This document shows, piece by piece, positions 56,801-64,000 of a DNA stretch of 64,000 bases. The position numbers and the translations under genes were made by a program. The DNA comes from Candidatus Eiseniibacteriota bacterium. GTDB lineage: Bacteria > Eisenbacteria > RBG-16-71-46 > CAIMUX01 > VGJL01. The notes beneath the pieces are model-generated. The model did no database searches and was not told the DNA's origin. It worked only from the letters and a program-made list of their open reading frames with translations. How positions within the stretch are numbered: the first letter of the stretch is position 1; the number at the start of each line of letters is the position of its first letter. Location: the NCBI GenBank assembly GCA_041946735.1, contig JBHGAY010000004.1, forward strand, positions 96,001 to 160,000. Direction: 5' to 3'.

Positions 56801-56981
56801 GCTCGACGGTCTCGGGAGAGGCGCCCGGATACGGGGTCTGGACGACGACGAACGGGAAGGTGATGTCGGGCCACTGATCGATCGCCAGACGCGAATAGGA
56901 GAAGGCGCCGAGCGTCAGCAGCGCCCCCATCAGCATCGTGGCGAAGACCGGCCGTTTGATCGAGACGTCGGAAAGGAACAT
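53814..56981 (-). CDS. RND efflux transporter permease subunit (AcrB/MdtBC family)
   Basis: SIKRPVFA, YPGASPE.VE..VT..IEE, LIDDAIVVRENI, SFTLDPML, GLVTKNAILL, RLRPIVMT. Confidence 0.95.
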   Translation of the reverse strand: MFLSDVSIKRPVFATMLMGALLTLGAFSYSRLAIDQWPDITFPFVVVQTPYPGASPETVERDVTRKIEETVNPIQGVKELTSSSLEGLSTVFIEFDLGTNAMDAQQDVRSKIDQIREELPEDIETPLVLRFDPQEIPIVSLALSSETRSMREMRDFADETLRQNLEAVEGVGQVTLLGGEARAILVEVDPDRLAARSITVPQVMQTLRSENMEVPAGRLEQGPGEKLVRVAGRLKKPGDFEQLVVAVRDGVPVRLGDVARVVDSAEEARTAALVNGKPAIGIDLRKVSGANTVEVADGVKEEVERTRAALPEGMQLSIVRDNSVWIEQSVEDVKTTILLGGLLTVLVVFTFLNSWRSTVITGLTLPVSVIASFLAIYAFGFTLNMMTLMALSLAIGILIDDAIVVRENIVRHVGMGQDHREAARKGTSEIGLAVLATTMSTLCVFVPVAFMGGIVGRFFREFGVTVACAVAVSLFVSFTLDPMLSSVWYDPVAEGHAARGPIGKLLERFNHSFVRLGKRYRGVIGWALTHRFVTLGIAVLSFVAAMALFPLIGGTFMPNSDNEELAVVVTAPVGSTLSYTTDRVREVSALVRQRPEVAYTYETIAGGFNAQVNEGEIYVKLTPKGDRDLSQQDLSVVLRSELEDLPGVEIAVLEAAGFGGSQKPLEIFVSGANIEELRRVSNEVLAVVRNTPGAIEAESSLEEERPEVRVDLNRDLASEMGVGIGSIAQTLRPAFAGEAVSRWEDPNGEQHDVIVRLPGSARESVDQLAKLPIPTGGIDPVTGAPRTVPLGQIAAIAKSASPQEIDRREMQRVVIIRANFYGRTLTAVSGDIMKGVSQLAMPTGYSVSMGGETEMFGETVRNIVESMILAIIFIYLVLASEFGSFLQPLAIMLSVPLSMVGVLIALLLTGTTFNIMSMIGLILLMGLVTKNAILLIDFTNQGRERGLSRRDALIDAGEIRLRPIVMTTLAMIFGMMPLAFAIGAGAEFRAPMARAVIGGLITSTLLTLVVVPVVYTLFDDFGNKIRLALTKEERQRREREEEEESRRAGRRFARG

Positions 56982-57008
56982 CTCACTCCTCTCGTTGCGC
57001 GAAGCCGA

Positions 57009-58199
57009 TCACCGCGCGCCGCCGGCGTCGCCTGCTCTGCTCCCGCCGCTCGCGCCGCTTTGCGAGGGCGAGGCCGTTCCCGCCGCCTCGGGTCCCTGCC
57101 GGATCACCTCGATCGGTGAGCCGTCCCGGAGTCCGGGAGCGATCCCGGCCAGAAGCGAGTCGCCCGCCTGCAGATTCCCGCGCAGCTCGATGAGGGCCGC
57201 TTTCTCGTCGACGATTCCCGTTTCGACCGGGATCCTCCGCGCCGTGCCGTTCTCGATCGCATAGACGACTTGTCTCTCCCCCTCCGTGCGCAAGACGGCG
57301 AGCGGAGCCGCGACCGCGCTTTCTCTCACCGTATCGATCACACGGCCCGTCGCGAAGAGGCCACCGACGAGGCGCCCTTCCGGATTCGGAATGCGCGTGT
57401 AGATGCGCACCTGGCGGGTTCCGGGCTCGGTCGTCGGGCCGATCCGGTCGATCTTCCCTTCGAACTCTTCGTTCGGAAATGCGTCGACCGTGAACCGGAT
57501 GGGGGATCCAACGTCGATCCGGCCGAGTGACTCCGACGGGATCGTCGCGGACAGCTCGAGAACGGAGTTGTCGACGATCGTGAAGAGGCGGTCCCCGGTC
57601 GCCGTCCGGTCGCCGCTGTGCACGAACACCTTGCTCACGGTCCCGTTGATCGGGCTGGGGACGTCGAGACGCTCCGCGTTCTCCTTCGCGTGGTTGCGGG
57701 CCGCCTCGGCCGCGCGCACCCGCGCCTCGGCGGCGGCCGTCTGCGCTTGGGCCGCCTCGAGATCGCGCGGAGCCGCCGCTCCGGCATCGAGGAGCTTCTG
57801 CGCCCGGCGCTCCGCGTTCTGCGCGGCGAGGAGCGCTGCGTGCGCGGCGGAAAGCTCCGCCTCGCTCGCGACCAGGGCGTCGTGCACGTCCGAGGGACGG
57901 TAGCTTGCCAGCTCCTCTCCCCGGGAGACCGCCTGGCCTTCCTTCGCTCGCACCGTGGCAAGATCCCCGTCGAAGCGGGCGATCACCTCGACCACCTCCA
58001 CCGGCCCCAGCTCGCCCGTAAACGGAACTCCCGACTCCAGCGTCCGGGAGGAGGCGACGACGACGTCCGTCGCGCTCACCAGGACCTTCGGGTTCACGGC
58101 GGCCTTCGACTCCGGCGCCTTCCGCCCGCATCCCGCCGCAACCAGCGCGGACGCCACGGCGGTGAGCAGCATCGCTCGCGTCGCCATCCGGTACCTCAC
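57009..58199 (-). CDS. RND periplasmic adaptor (membrane fusion protein), lipoprotein
   Basis: Lipobox VAAG-C; lipoyl halves (V.EGQ.V..G, SPINGTV....V.SG), alpha-hairpin; GTG start with GGAGGT RBS (alternative ATG 58232). Confidence 0.9.
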   Translation of the reverse strand: MRYRMATRAMLLTAVASALVAAGCGRKAPESKAAVNPKVLVSATDVVVASSRTLESGVPFTGELGPVEVVEVIARFDGDLATVRAKEGQAVSRGEELASYRPSDVHDALVASEAELSAAHAALLAAQNAERRAQKLLDAGAAAPRDLEAAQAQTAAAEARVRAAEAARNHAKENAERLDVPSPINGTVSKVFVHSGDRTATGDRLFTIVDNSVLELSATIPSESLGRIDVGSPIRFTVDAFPNEEFEGKIDRIGPTTEPGTRQVRIYTRIPNPEGRLVGGLFATGRVIDTVRESAVAAPLAVLRTEGERQVVYAIENGTARRIPVETGIVDEKAALIELRGNLQAGDSLLAGIAPGLRDGSPIEVIRQGPEAAGTASPSQSGASGGSRAGDAGGAR

Positions 58200-58231
58200 G
58201 ATCGCACCTCCACCCCGGCCTACCGCCGGCA

Positions 58232-59833
58232 TCACCGCGTTCCCTCGATCGTGGAGACGAGCGAGGCGAAGAGCGGCCTTCCGCTGTATCGCTCCAAGCG
58301 CGCGAGAGCCACGAAGAAGTCGTGCCTCGCCTGGGCTTCGTTCGTTTGCGCGATCTCCAGGGAGATTCGCGCGTCGTTCAGCTCGATCATGCTCGACGCC
58401 CCCTCCTCGAAGCGCAGCCGGGCCAGCTCGTGCGCCCGTTCCGCGACCCGCACCGTCGCGGTCCGCGCGCGCAGATCGGAGGCCGCCCGGTCCAGCTCCC
58501 CGCGGCTCTGCACGATCGCCTCGCGCACCTGCTCGCGCGCCTGCTGCAGGTTGAGCTGGGCCGCGATCCTTCGGGCCTTCGACTCCTGGATCGCCCCTTT
58601 CGTGCGGAAGCCATCGAAGAGCGCCCAGTTCACGCGCACGCCCGCGTTGACGTCATTCAGCCACTCGTCACTGGCCGTAGGGAAGACATCGGAGGGGAAC
58701 GCCTGTTTCGAGTAGTTCGCGAACAGGTTCAGCTCGGGCCACTTGTCACTCGCCGCAACGGTCACCGCGTGCCGCCGCGCCTCGACCTGCTCCTGAAGCG
58801 CGCGAACCGAAGCGGACCGAAGCGCGTCATCGACGAGGCCGGTCGTGTCGACCGTCGCCGCGGCGTCCAGCACCCGTTCCGAAGCGAGCACCGTGCTCGT
58901 CAGCACCATCGGTTGCGACGGGGGAATGTTCGCCAGACGGCGCAGCTCGAGGTAGGCGATCACTCGAAACGACTCGGCCCGCTTGATCACCGGGATCTGG
59001 TTCTCGCTCTGCAGCTGCGCTTGCAGCAGGTCGAACTCGGAGGCCTCGCCGGTCCCTTGCCGCAGCTCGACTCTCTGGCGCTCCGTCTCCGCCTGCTCGT
59101 AGGTGAGCCGCGCGATCGTGACGGAGCGATCCGCGAGGAGTGCGCCGAGGTACGCCTGGCGCGTACGCAGGACCACCTCCTGCTCCTGGTCGGTCCGCAT
59201 GTCGCGCGCGGCCTCCATCGCGTGCTTCGCCGCCTGGATGGACGACCAGATCGATCCTCCCTGGAACACCTTCTGCGTCAAGCCGGCCGAGGCGATCCAG
59301 CTGTTCTCGCTCCCGAAGGAGGTCGAGCTGAAGAGCGTAGAGAGCCCCGTCAGGCCCGAGTACGGAAGCGCCTTCTCGATGTCGCGCACCCGCTGCTCCA
59401 GAGGAGCGGTCGTGTCGGGATCGAACGCCTCCACTTTGGGACCCTCCGCCATCTGGAAGACGCTCTCGATCTGCCGGGTGTAGGTGCCGGACAGATTGAG
59501 CTGCGGGAAGGCGGTCGACCGCGCCTGGAGATAGGCGGCGCGCGCCAGCGACATGTCGGTCTCCGCCAGCCGGATCTCCTCCCCGTTCGCCAGGGCGCGC
59601 GAGACCGCGCTGTCGAGATCGAGGCGAAGCGTGTCGGACGCAGCCGGCGCGGCCTGGGCCCACGCGAGTTGCGGCAGAGCGGCGAGCGTCAATGCCGCGA
59701 CCGTCAGCACGGCGAGCGTCAGCGCCGCGATCCGCAAGGCGGCGAGCGTCAGCGCCGCGCCCGCCAGGGCGGCAAGCGACGGCAGCGCGAATCGCGGCGC
59801 CGGCAAACCCGGGGCCGTGAGAATCGATTTCAT
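58232..59833 (-). CDS. TolC family outer-membrane efflux protein
   Basis: L.LD.AV.RAL..., PQLNLSG.Y, FQGG, AY...L.A, LFDGF, RFEEG..S..EL.DA. Confidence 0.9.
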   Translation of the reverse strand: MKSILTAPGLPAPRFALPSLAALAGAALTLAALRIAALTLAVLTVAALTLAALPQLAWAQAAPAASDTLRLDLDSAVSRALANGEEIRLAETDMSLARAAYLQARSTAFPQLNLSGTYTRQIESVFQMAEGPKVEAFDPDTTAPLEQRVRDIEKALPYSGLTGLSTLFSSTSFGSENSWIASAGLTQKVFQGGSIWSSIQAAKHAMEAARDMRTDQEQEVVLRTRQAYLGALLADRSVTIARLTYEQAETERQRVELRQGTGEASEFDLLQAQLQSENQIPVIKRAESFRVIAYLELRRLANIPPSQPMVLTSTVLASERVLDAAATVDTTGLVDDALRSASVRALQEQVEARRHAVTVAASDKWPELNLFANYSKQAFPSDVFPTASDEWLNDVNAGVRVNWALFDGFRTKGAIQESKARRIAAQLNLQQAREQVREAIVQSRGELDRAASDLRARTATVRVAERAHELARLRFEEGASSMIELNDARISLEIAQTNEAQARHDFFVALARLERYSGRPLFASLVSTIEGTR

Positions 59834-60456
59834 GCCTTGGACACCTCCAGACCGCGCATGAGCAGGTCGTAGAGCGACTCCTCCAGGTCTTGCGGGATGT
59901 CTTCGCGGGCGCCCGACAGGACGTCGGCGACGTAGATCTCGAGGGCCGCGAGGGCGGTGAGAACGAAGAGGTCCGGATCGATCGGACGGAACATGCCGGC
60001 CGCTTGCCCTTCACGCACGACCGAGCGGAACGGATCGAGCAGCTTCTGGCCTTCGCCGCGGTAGTCGAACCCCAGTGGGAGAAGCCGCGGCATCGTGAGG
60101 GTCGCGTGAACGAAGCTGTAGATTTCCGGTTCCCGGCGCGCGAGATCGACTTGGGTCGAAAGCAGGTCGCGAAGCCGTTCGCGCGGATCGCCCGCCTGGC
60201 CCGCGGCCCAAAGCCGCGCGTGGCATTCGTCGATCGCGGAAAGGAGGAGGCCGCCGAACAGGGCCTCCTTCGATTCGAAGTGGTAGTAGACGAGAGGCTT
60301 GGTCACGCCGGCCGCCTCGGCGATCTCGCGCATCGAGGTTCCATCGAACCCCCGGATGGCGTACAGCCGCGCCGCGGACCGTTCGATTCGCTCCCGCGCC
60401 GGCTCATCCGGGAAGGATTCCCCCCACCCGCGTTCTCTGCTCCCCACACCCTTCAT
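59830..60456 (-). CDS. TetR/AcrR family transcriptional regulator
   Basis: RERI..SA..L...RGFDGTSMREIAEAAGVTKPLVYYHF.SKEALF. Confidence 0.92.
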   Translation of the reverse strand: MKGVGSRERGWGESFPDEPARERIERSAARLYAIRGFDGTSMREIAEAAGVTKPLVYYHFESKEALFGGLLLSAIDECHARLWAAGQAGDPRERLRDLLSTQVDLARREPEIYSFVHATLTMPRLLPLGFDYRGEGQKLLDPFRSVVREGQAAGMFRPIDPDLFVLTALAALEIYVADVLSGAREDIPQDLEESLYDLLMRGLEVSKA

Positions 60457-60464
60457 GAATGAAT

Positions 60465-60508
60465 CCTGACCTCTCGGTCAGGGTAGGCGCCGGCGGCACG
60501 ATCGTCAA
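60465..60508 (-). promoter_or_regulatory. Sigma70 promoter overlapped by a palindromic TetR operator
   Basis: TTGACG-N17-TACCCT (60508-60480) and palindrome CCTGACC-TCTC-GGTCAGG (60465-60482). Confidence 0.7.
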
Positions 60509-60665
60509 GCCCCCAGCCATCGACCCGGCCACCCTCGCAACCATCGCCCCATCCATTGCCGCATCGATCCCCCGGCAACCATCGCCCCAGCCACTGCCGC
60601 AACCGTCGTCGCATCCGATGGCGGATTCCCCTACCGGTTTCCGCCCGGCACGCAGCCGGCCAGGG

Positions 60666-61856
60666 TCAGTACGGGAAGTTCTTCTCCTCGCCGTCGCGCT
60701 GGATCGCGGGAGCCGGCCGGATTTTCGACCGGCCGTAGCGATCCTGCAGGCGGTCGATCGCGTCGGCGAGCTTGCGGTGGCGAGCCTCGCGATCGGAGTC
60801 GCCGAAGAGGTCCACCTCGATGCCCTCGGGCTCGATGCCGCTCACCCCCACGCCGAGCAGGCGGACCGGCCGCCCGTCCCAATTCTCGCGCAGCAGGCGA
60901 CGCGCCTCCTCGTAGATGGGAGCGGCGAGGGCGACCGCGTGCGCGAGCCGGTGCTGCCGGGTGATGGTGCGAAAGGCGCCGTCGCGGAGCTTGATCGACA
61001 CGATCCGGCCCGCGACCCCCGCCTGCCGGAGCCGGCGCGCCACACGGTCCGCCTGATCGAGCAGGACCGACTCGAGGAACTCGAGGTCGGAGCGGTCGTG
61101 CGGGAACGTTTCCTCGTGGCTGTACGACTTCGCCTCCCAGTCGGGCGTCACCTCGCGCTCGTCCTCTCCCCGGGCGAGCGCGAGAAGCTGCTCCCCCCAG
61201 GCGCCGAAGCGACGACAGATCTCCTCCGACGGCCTCCTCGCCAGATCGCCGATCGTCGCAATCCCGATCGATTGCAGGACGGCGAGCGTCTTCGGCCCGA
61301 CGCCCCACAGGCGCGAGATCGGCAACGGAGCAAGAAACGAGGAGACATCCTCAGGCCGGACGACGACGAGTCCGTCGGGCTTGCGAAGATCGCTCGCGAT
61401 CTTCGCGAGGAACTTGCGCGGCGCGATCCCCACCGAGGCGGTGAGCGAGGTCGCTTCCCGGATCTCGCGCTTGATGCGGCCGGCTGCGTCCTCGGGCGGG
61501 CCGAAGAGCTTCTCCGTCCCGGTGAGATCGAGGAACGCCTCGTCGAGGGAGAGGGGCTCGACCAAGGGCGAGAAGCGATGCAGGACCTCCATGATCCGCT
61601 CGGATTCCCCGGCATACTTCGCGATGTTGCCGGCGACGCGGACGAGGTGCGGGCAGAGACCGATCGCCTTCGCCATCGGCATGGCGGAGTGGATGCCGTA
61701 GCGGCGGGCTTCATAGGACGCGGCGGCCACGACGCCACGATGGGTCGCCGAGCCTCCGACGACGACCGGCTTGCCGGCGAGCGAAGGATCATCGCGGATC
61801 TCGATCGACGCGTAGAACGCGTCCATGTCGACGTGCGCGATCCAGCGGTCCGTCAT
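60666..61856 (-). CDS. dinB: DNA polymerase IV (Y family)
   Basis: HVDMDAFYAS.E, RGVVAAASYEAR.YGIHSAMP, SLDEAFLD, KFLAKIASD.RKPDG, WGVG, VRLLGV. Confidence 0.95.
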   Translation of the reverse strand: MTDRWIAHVDMDAFYASIEIRDDPSLAGKPVVVGGSATHRGVVAAASYEARRYGIHSAMPMAKAIGLCPHLVRVAGNIAKYAGESERIMEVLHRFSPLVEPLSLDEAFLDLTGTEKLFGPPEDAAGRIKREIREATSLTASVGIAPRKFLAKIASDLRKPDGLVVVRPEDVSSFLAPLPISRLWGVGPKTLAVLQSIGIATIGDLARRPSEEICRRFGAWGEQLLALARGEDEREVTPDWEAKSYSHEETFPHDRSDLEFLESVLLDQADRVARRLRQAGVAGRIVSIKLRDGAFRTITRQHRLAHAVALAAPIYEEARRLLRENWDGRPVRLLGVGVSGIEPEGIEVDLFGDSDREARHRKLADAIDRLQDRYGRSKIRPAPAIQRDGEEKNFPY

Positions 61857-61891
61857 CGCTTCCTCGCTGCTCGCGCGACCGGCCGGCCGGG

Positions 61892-62650
61892 TCAGAGGCC
61901 TCGCGGACGACCGGACGCAGGCGATTCGCCGGATGCCGGCGATTCGAACGGGGAGATGGCGTAGCGCTTCCAGTAGTACAGCAGCTTCGCCGTCTCGGTG
62001 AAGACCGACATCATCTCCCCTTCCCGATCCCACCACCGCTCCGCCCGTTCCTCGCTCTGCCCGGGCGGGAGCGTCTCCAGGCTGATGGAGACCGGAGTGT
62101 CCCGGAAGAGGGCCCGGAATGTGGCGCGGGCGCGTCGCGCATGCATCGGAGAGGTCACGATGATCGCGCGGGTGACGCCGCGCGCGAGCAGCTCCCGCCG
62201 GCTCGCGACCGCCTCTTCATACGTGCTCGTCGGCCCGAGAAGGAGCCAGACGTTCTCCGGCTGCATGCCACGGCGTATCGCGATCCGTCGCTTCACCTCC
62301 CCCTGCGAGAGCGAATCCTGGCCGCCCGTGTAGACCGGAAGAAGCGCCTTGTCCGGCCCGGTGATCAGCAGCGCCGGAACGCGGCCCTCCCGCCAGATGC
62401 GCAGGGCGGCGCCGAGACGCTCCCCTTCGCCGCCGCCGAGGACGATGGCGACTTCGGCGTTTCGATGCGGGTCGGACACCATGAGCCATCGCGCATACGA
62501 GGTCAGAAGCCCGGGAAGCGAGAGGACGACCGCCGCGGCGAGGAGGACCAGGACGAGGAGGATCCGCGCCGGCCGGATCCGGACGTTCCAGACCGGATCC
62601 CAGCGGGGCGCCCGCGAGGGCTCGCCCCTGCCCGCCGGCGCGGCGCTCAT
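61892..62650 (-). CDS. YdcF/ElyC/SanA (DUF218) family protein
   Basis: N-terminal TM; AIVLGGG, ITG, STYEEA, IIVTSPMHARRA, E..KLLYY. Confidence 0.85.
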   Translation of the reverse strand: MSAAPAGRGEPSRAPRWDPVWNVRIRPARILLVLVLLAAAVVLSLPGLLTSYARWLMVSDPHRNAEVAIVLGGGEGERLGAALRIWREGRVPALLITGPDKALLPVYTGGQDSLSQGEVKRRIAIRRGMQPENVWLLLGPTSTYEEAVASRRELLARGVTRAIIVTSPMHARRARATFRALFRDTPVSISLETLPPGQSEERAERWWDREGEMMSVFTETAKLLYYWKRYAISPFESPASGESPASGRPRGL

Positions 62651-62724
62651 CGACCGGCGCCTCCGCGATCGCTCATCGGTCCGGGTCTCCGCGCTCTCTC
62701 ATCGACCGGCGCTTCCGCCGGGGA

Positions 62725-63300
62725 TCATCGCTCCCGGCTCGGTCGCAGGGCGCCGTTCTGCTCCACGTACGAGAGGCCGCACGAGCAGGCCAAGGTCGAC
62801 CGGTCGAGCCGGCGGCCGCACTTGCAGGCCCATCCGATCGGCCGCGCCGGATTGCCTGCAACCATTGCGAAGTCCGGGACGTCGCGCGTGACGACCGCCC
62901 CGGCCGCGACGAACGACCAGGTTCCGAGCGTCACCCCGCAGACGATCGTCGCGTTCGCCCCGATCGTCGCCCCATAGCGGACCCGGATCGGCTCCCATCC
63001 GGCGGGGCCGGTCCGGAAATCGGGATGGCTGCGCGGAATCCGGTCGTTGGTGAACACCGCATTGGGTCCGACGAAGACATGGTCCTCGATCGTCACGCGA
63101 TCCCAGATCGAGACCCCGTTTTTCACCGTCACGTGATCGCCGAGCACGGCGCCGCTCTCGATGAACGACCCCTCGCCGATGTTGCACCCCTTGCCGACGC
63201 GCGCCCCTCGCATCACGTGCGCGAACGCCCAGATCCTCGTCCCTTCCCCCACCTCGTCCGATTCGTTGATCCCCGAGGGATGCACGAACACGTCTGCCAT
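62725..63300 (-). CDS. Hexapeptide-repeat N-acetyltransferase (WbpD/WxcM-like)
   Basis: VGEGTRIWAF.HV..GA.VG..CNIG, VFVGPNAVFTND..PRS, GATIGANATIVCG, AGAVVTRDVP...AGNPAR.IGW.CKCG...CSCG. Confidence 0.9.
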   Translation of the reverse strand: MADVFVHPSGINESDEVGEGTRIWAFAHVMRGARVGKGCNIGEGSFIESGAVLGDHVTVKNGVSIWDRVTIEDHVFVGPNAVFTNDRIPRSHPDFRTGPAGWEPIRVRYGATIGANATIVCGVTLGTWSFVAAGAVVTRDVPDFAMVAGNPARPIGWACKCGRRLDRSTLACSCGLSYVEQNGALRPSRER

Positions 63301-63391
63301 CCGCTGCGCTCCTTCCGCTATCGTCATCCGCGATGCGCGGCCTCGACCGAGAATCCCACGGGGCCTCGGGGGGGACAAGGGGCGCAGGGCG

Positions 63392-64000
63392 TTGACCGCT
63401 TCGCGGGCCCTTCCTTCCTGTGACCTCCTCGTCCTCGCCGACCCGGTCTGGGAGACGACCTGGCGGGTGGAAGCGATTCCGGAGGATCGTGATCGCTTCG
63501 ACCCGGAACGTCAGGCCCTGGACGAGGTCGAGGATGGCGGCGGAAGCGCTCTCAACGTCGCCTGCGCCCTGGCGGCCGCCGGCTGGCGAGTCGTCACTGC
63601 CGGGATGGTGGGGGCCGACGAGGCGGGACGCGCGGCGATCGAAGCCCTCCGGCGCCACGGGGTCGACGCGCGGATCGAGCGGGCCGCGGGCCGCCGGACG
63701 AAGCAGGTCGAGGTCTTCGTCGAGCGGCGGAGCGGGGCGAACGCGTTTCGCGCGGTGATCCCCGATCACGCCGCCCCTCCATGGGACGGCTCCTGCCCGG
63801 AGATCGGCGGAGCGCGTTGGCTCCTGCTCGATCGGCCGGGAGCCCGGGGGATCGAGCGGCTGCGCGGGAGGAGGAGCGACGGCGTCCGAAGTCCGGGAAG
63901 CGGGCGGGAGAACGCTCTTCTCCTGAACGGTCCGATCCACCGCCCCCAGGCGGAGGAGCGGTGGAGGACCGCGTTGCCGCTTCTTTCCTACTTGCAGATT
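63392..64000 (+). CDS. PfkB family carbohydrate kinase, 3'-truncated by the window end (not in the ORF track)
   Basis: Open frame from TTG 63392 to the window end: GGGSALNVACALAAAG...GMVGADEAG...L...GVD = PfkB signature 1. Confidence 0.75.
   Translation, partial: MTASRALPSCDLLVLADPVWETTWRVEAIPEDRDRFDPERQALDEVEDGGGSALNVACALAAAGWRVVTAGMVGADEAGRAAIEALRRHGVDARIERAAGRRTKQVEVFVERRSGANAFRAVIPDHAAPPWDGSCPEIGGARWLLLDRPGARGIERLRGRRSDGVRSPGSGRENALLLNGPIHRPQAEERWRTALPLLSYLQI

Noticed and set aside
60666..61856. dinB as part of an imuABC cassette or mobile element
   Set aside because: No imuA/dnaE2, recognisable LexA box, integrase or transposase adjacent; looks like an ordinary chromosomal dinB

Overview
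High-GC (roughly 70%) diderm bacterial chromosomal segment, most consistent with an FCB-related candidate lineage such as Ca. Eisenbacteria (inferred from six proteins with C-terminal FlgD-Ig/T9SS-like domains plus a TWGxIKxxYR C-terminal motif). About 46 genes. No rRNA, tRNA, CRISPR array, integrase or transposase was recognised. Contents: a gingipain-like C25 protein; an ada-alkA/ogt alkylation-repair operon; an ~18 kb envelope region (9.7-27.4 kb) ending in a poly-gamma-glutamate (PGA) synthase operon (pgsB-pgsC-pgsW + unknown secreted protein), preceded by a secreted multidomain CapA, a secreted Cys-Ntn hydrolase, an outer-membrane beta-barrel, an LVIVD/FGE lipoprotein and a membrane acyltransferase; a Tat-TldD/PmbA/ALDH operon; an orphan, apparently catalytically dead PilB/GspE with four MshEN motifs behind a sigma28-like promoter; an IPT/TIG-stalked cytochrome c lipoprotein; M28 and M29 peptidases; a degenerate Ubl-MoeB fusion; two GT4s and a PEP-CTERM protein; a thioredoxin/MauE pair; a TetR-TolC-MFP-RND efflux operon; dinB, ydcF, an acetyltransferase and a partial PfkB kinase. 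Best candidates for new biology: a diderm-type PGA capsule system with secreted accessory enzymes, a TWG C-terminal sorting signal on a gene led by a glycine-riboswitch-like variant, and the MshEN pseudo-ATPase. All calls rest on motif recognition by eye; no searches were run.
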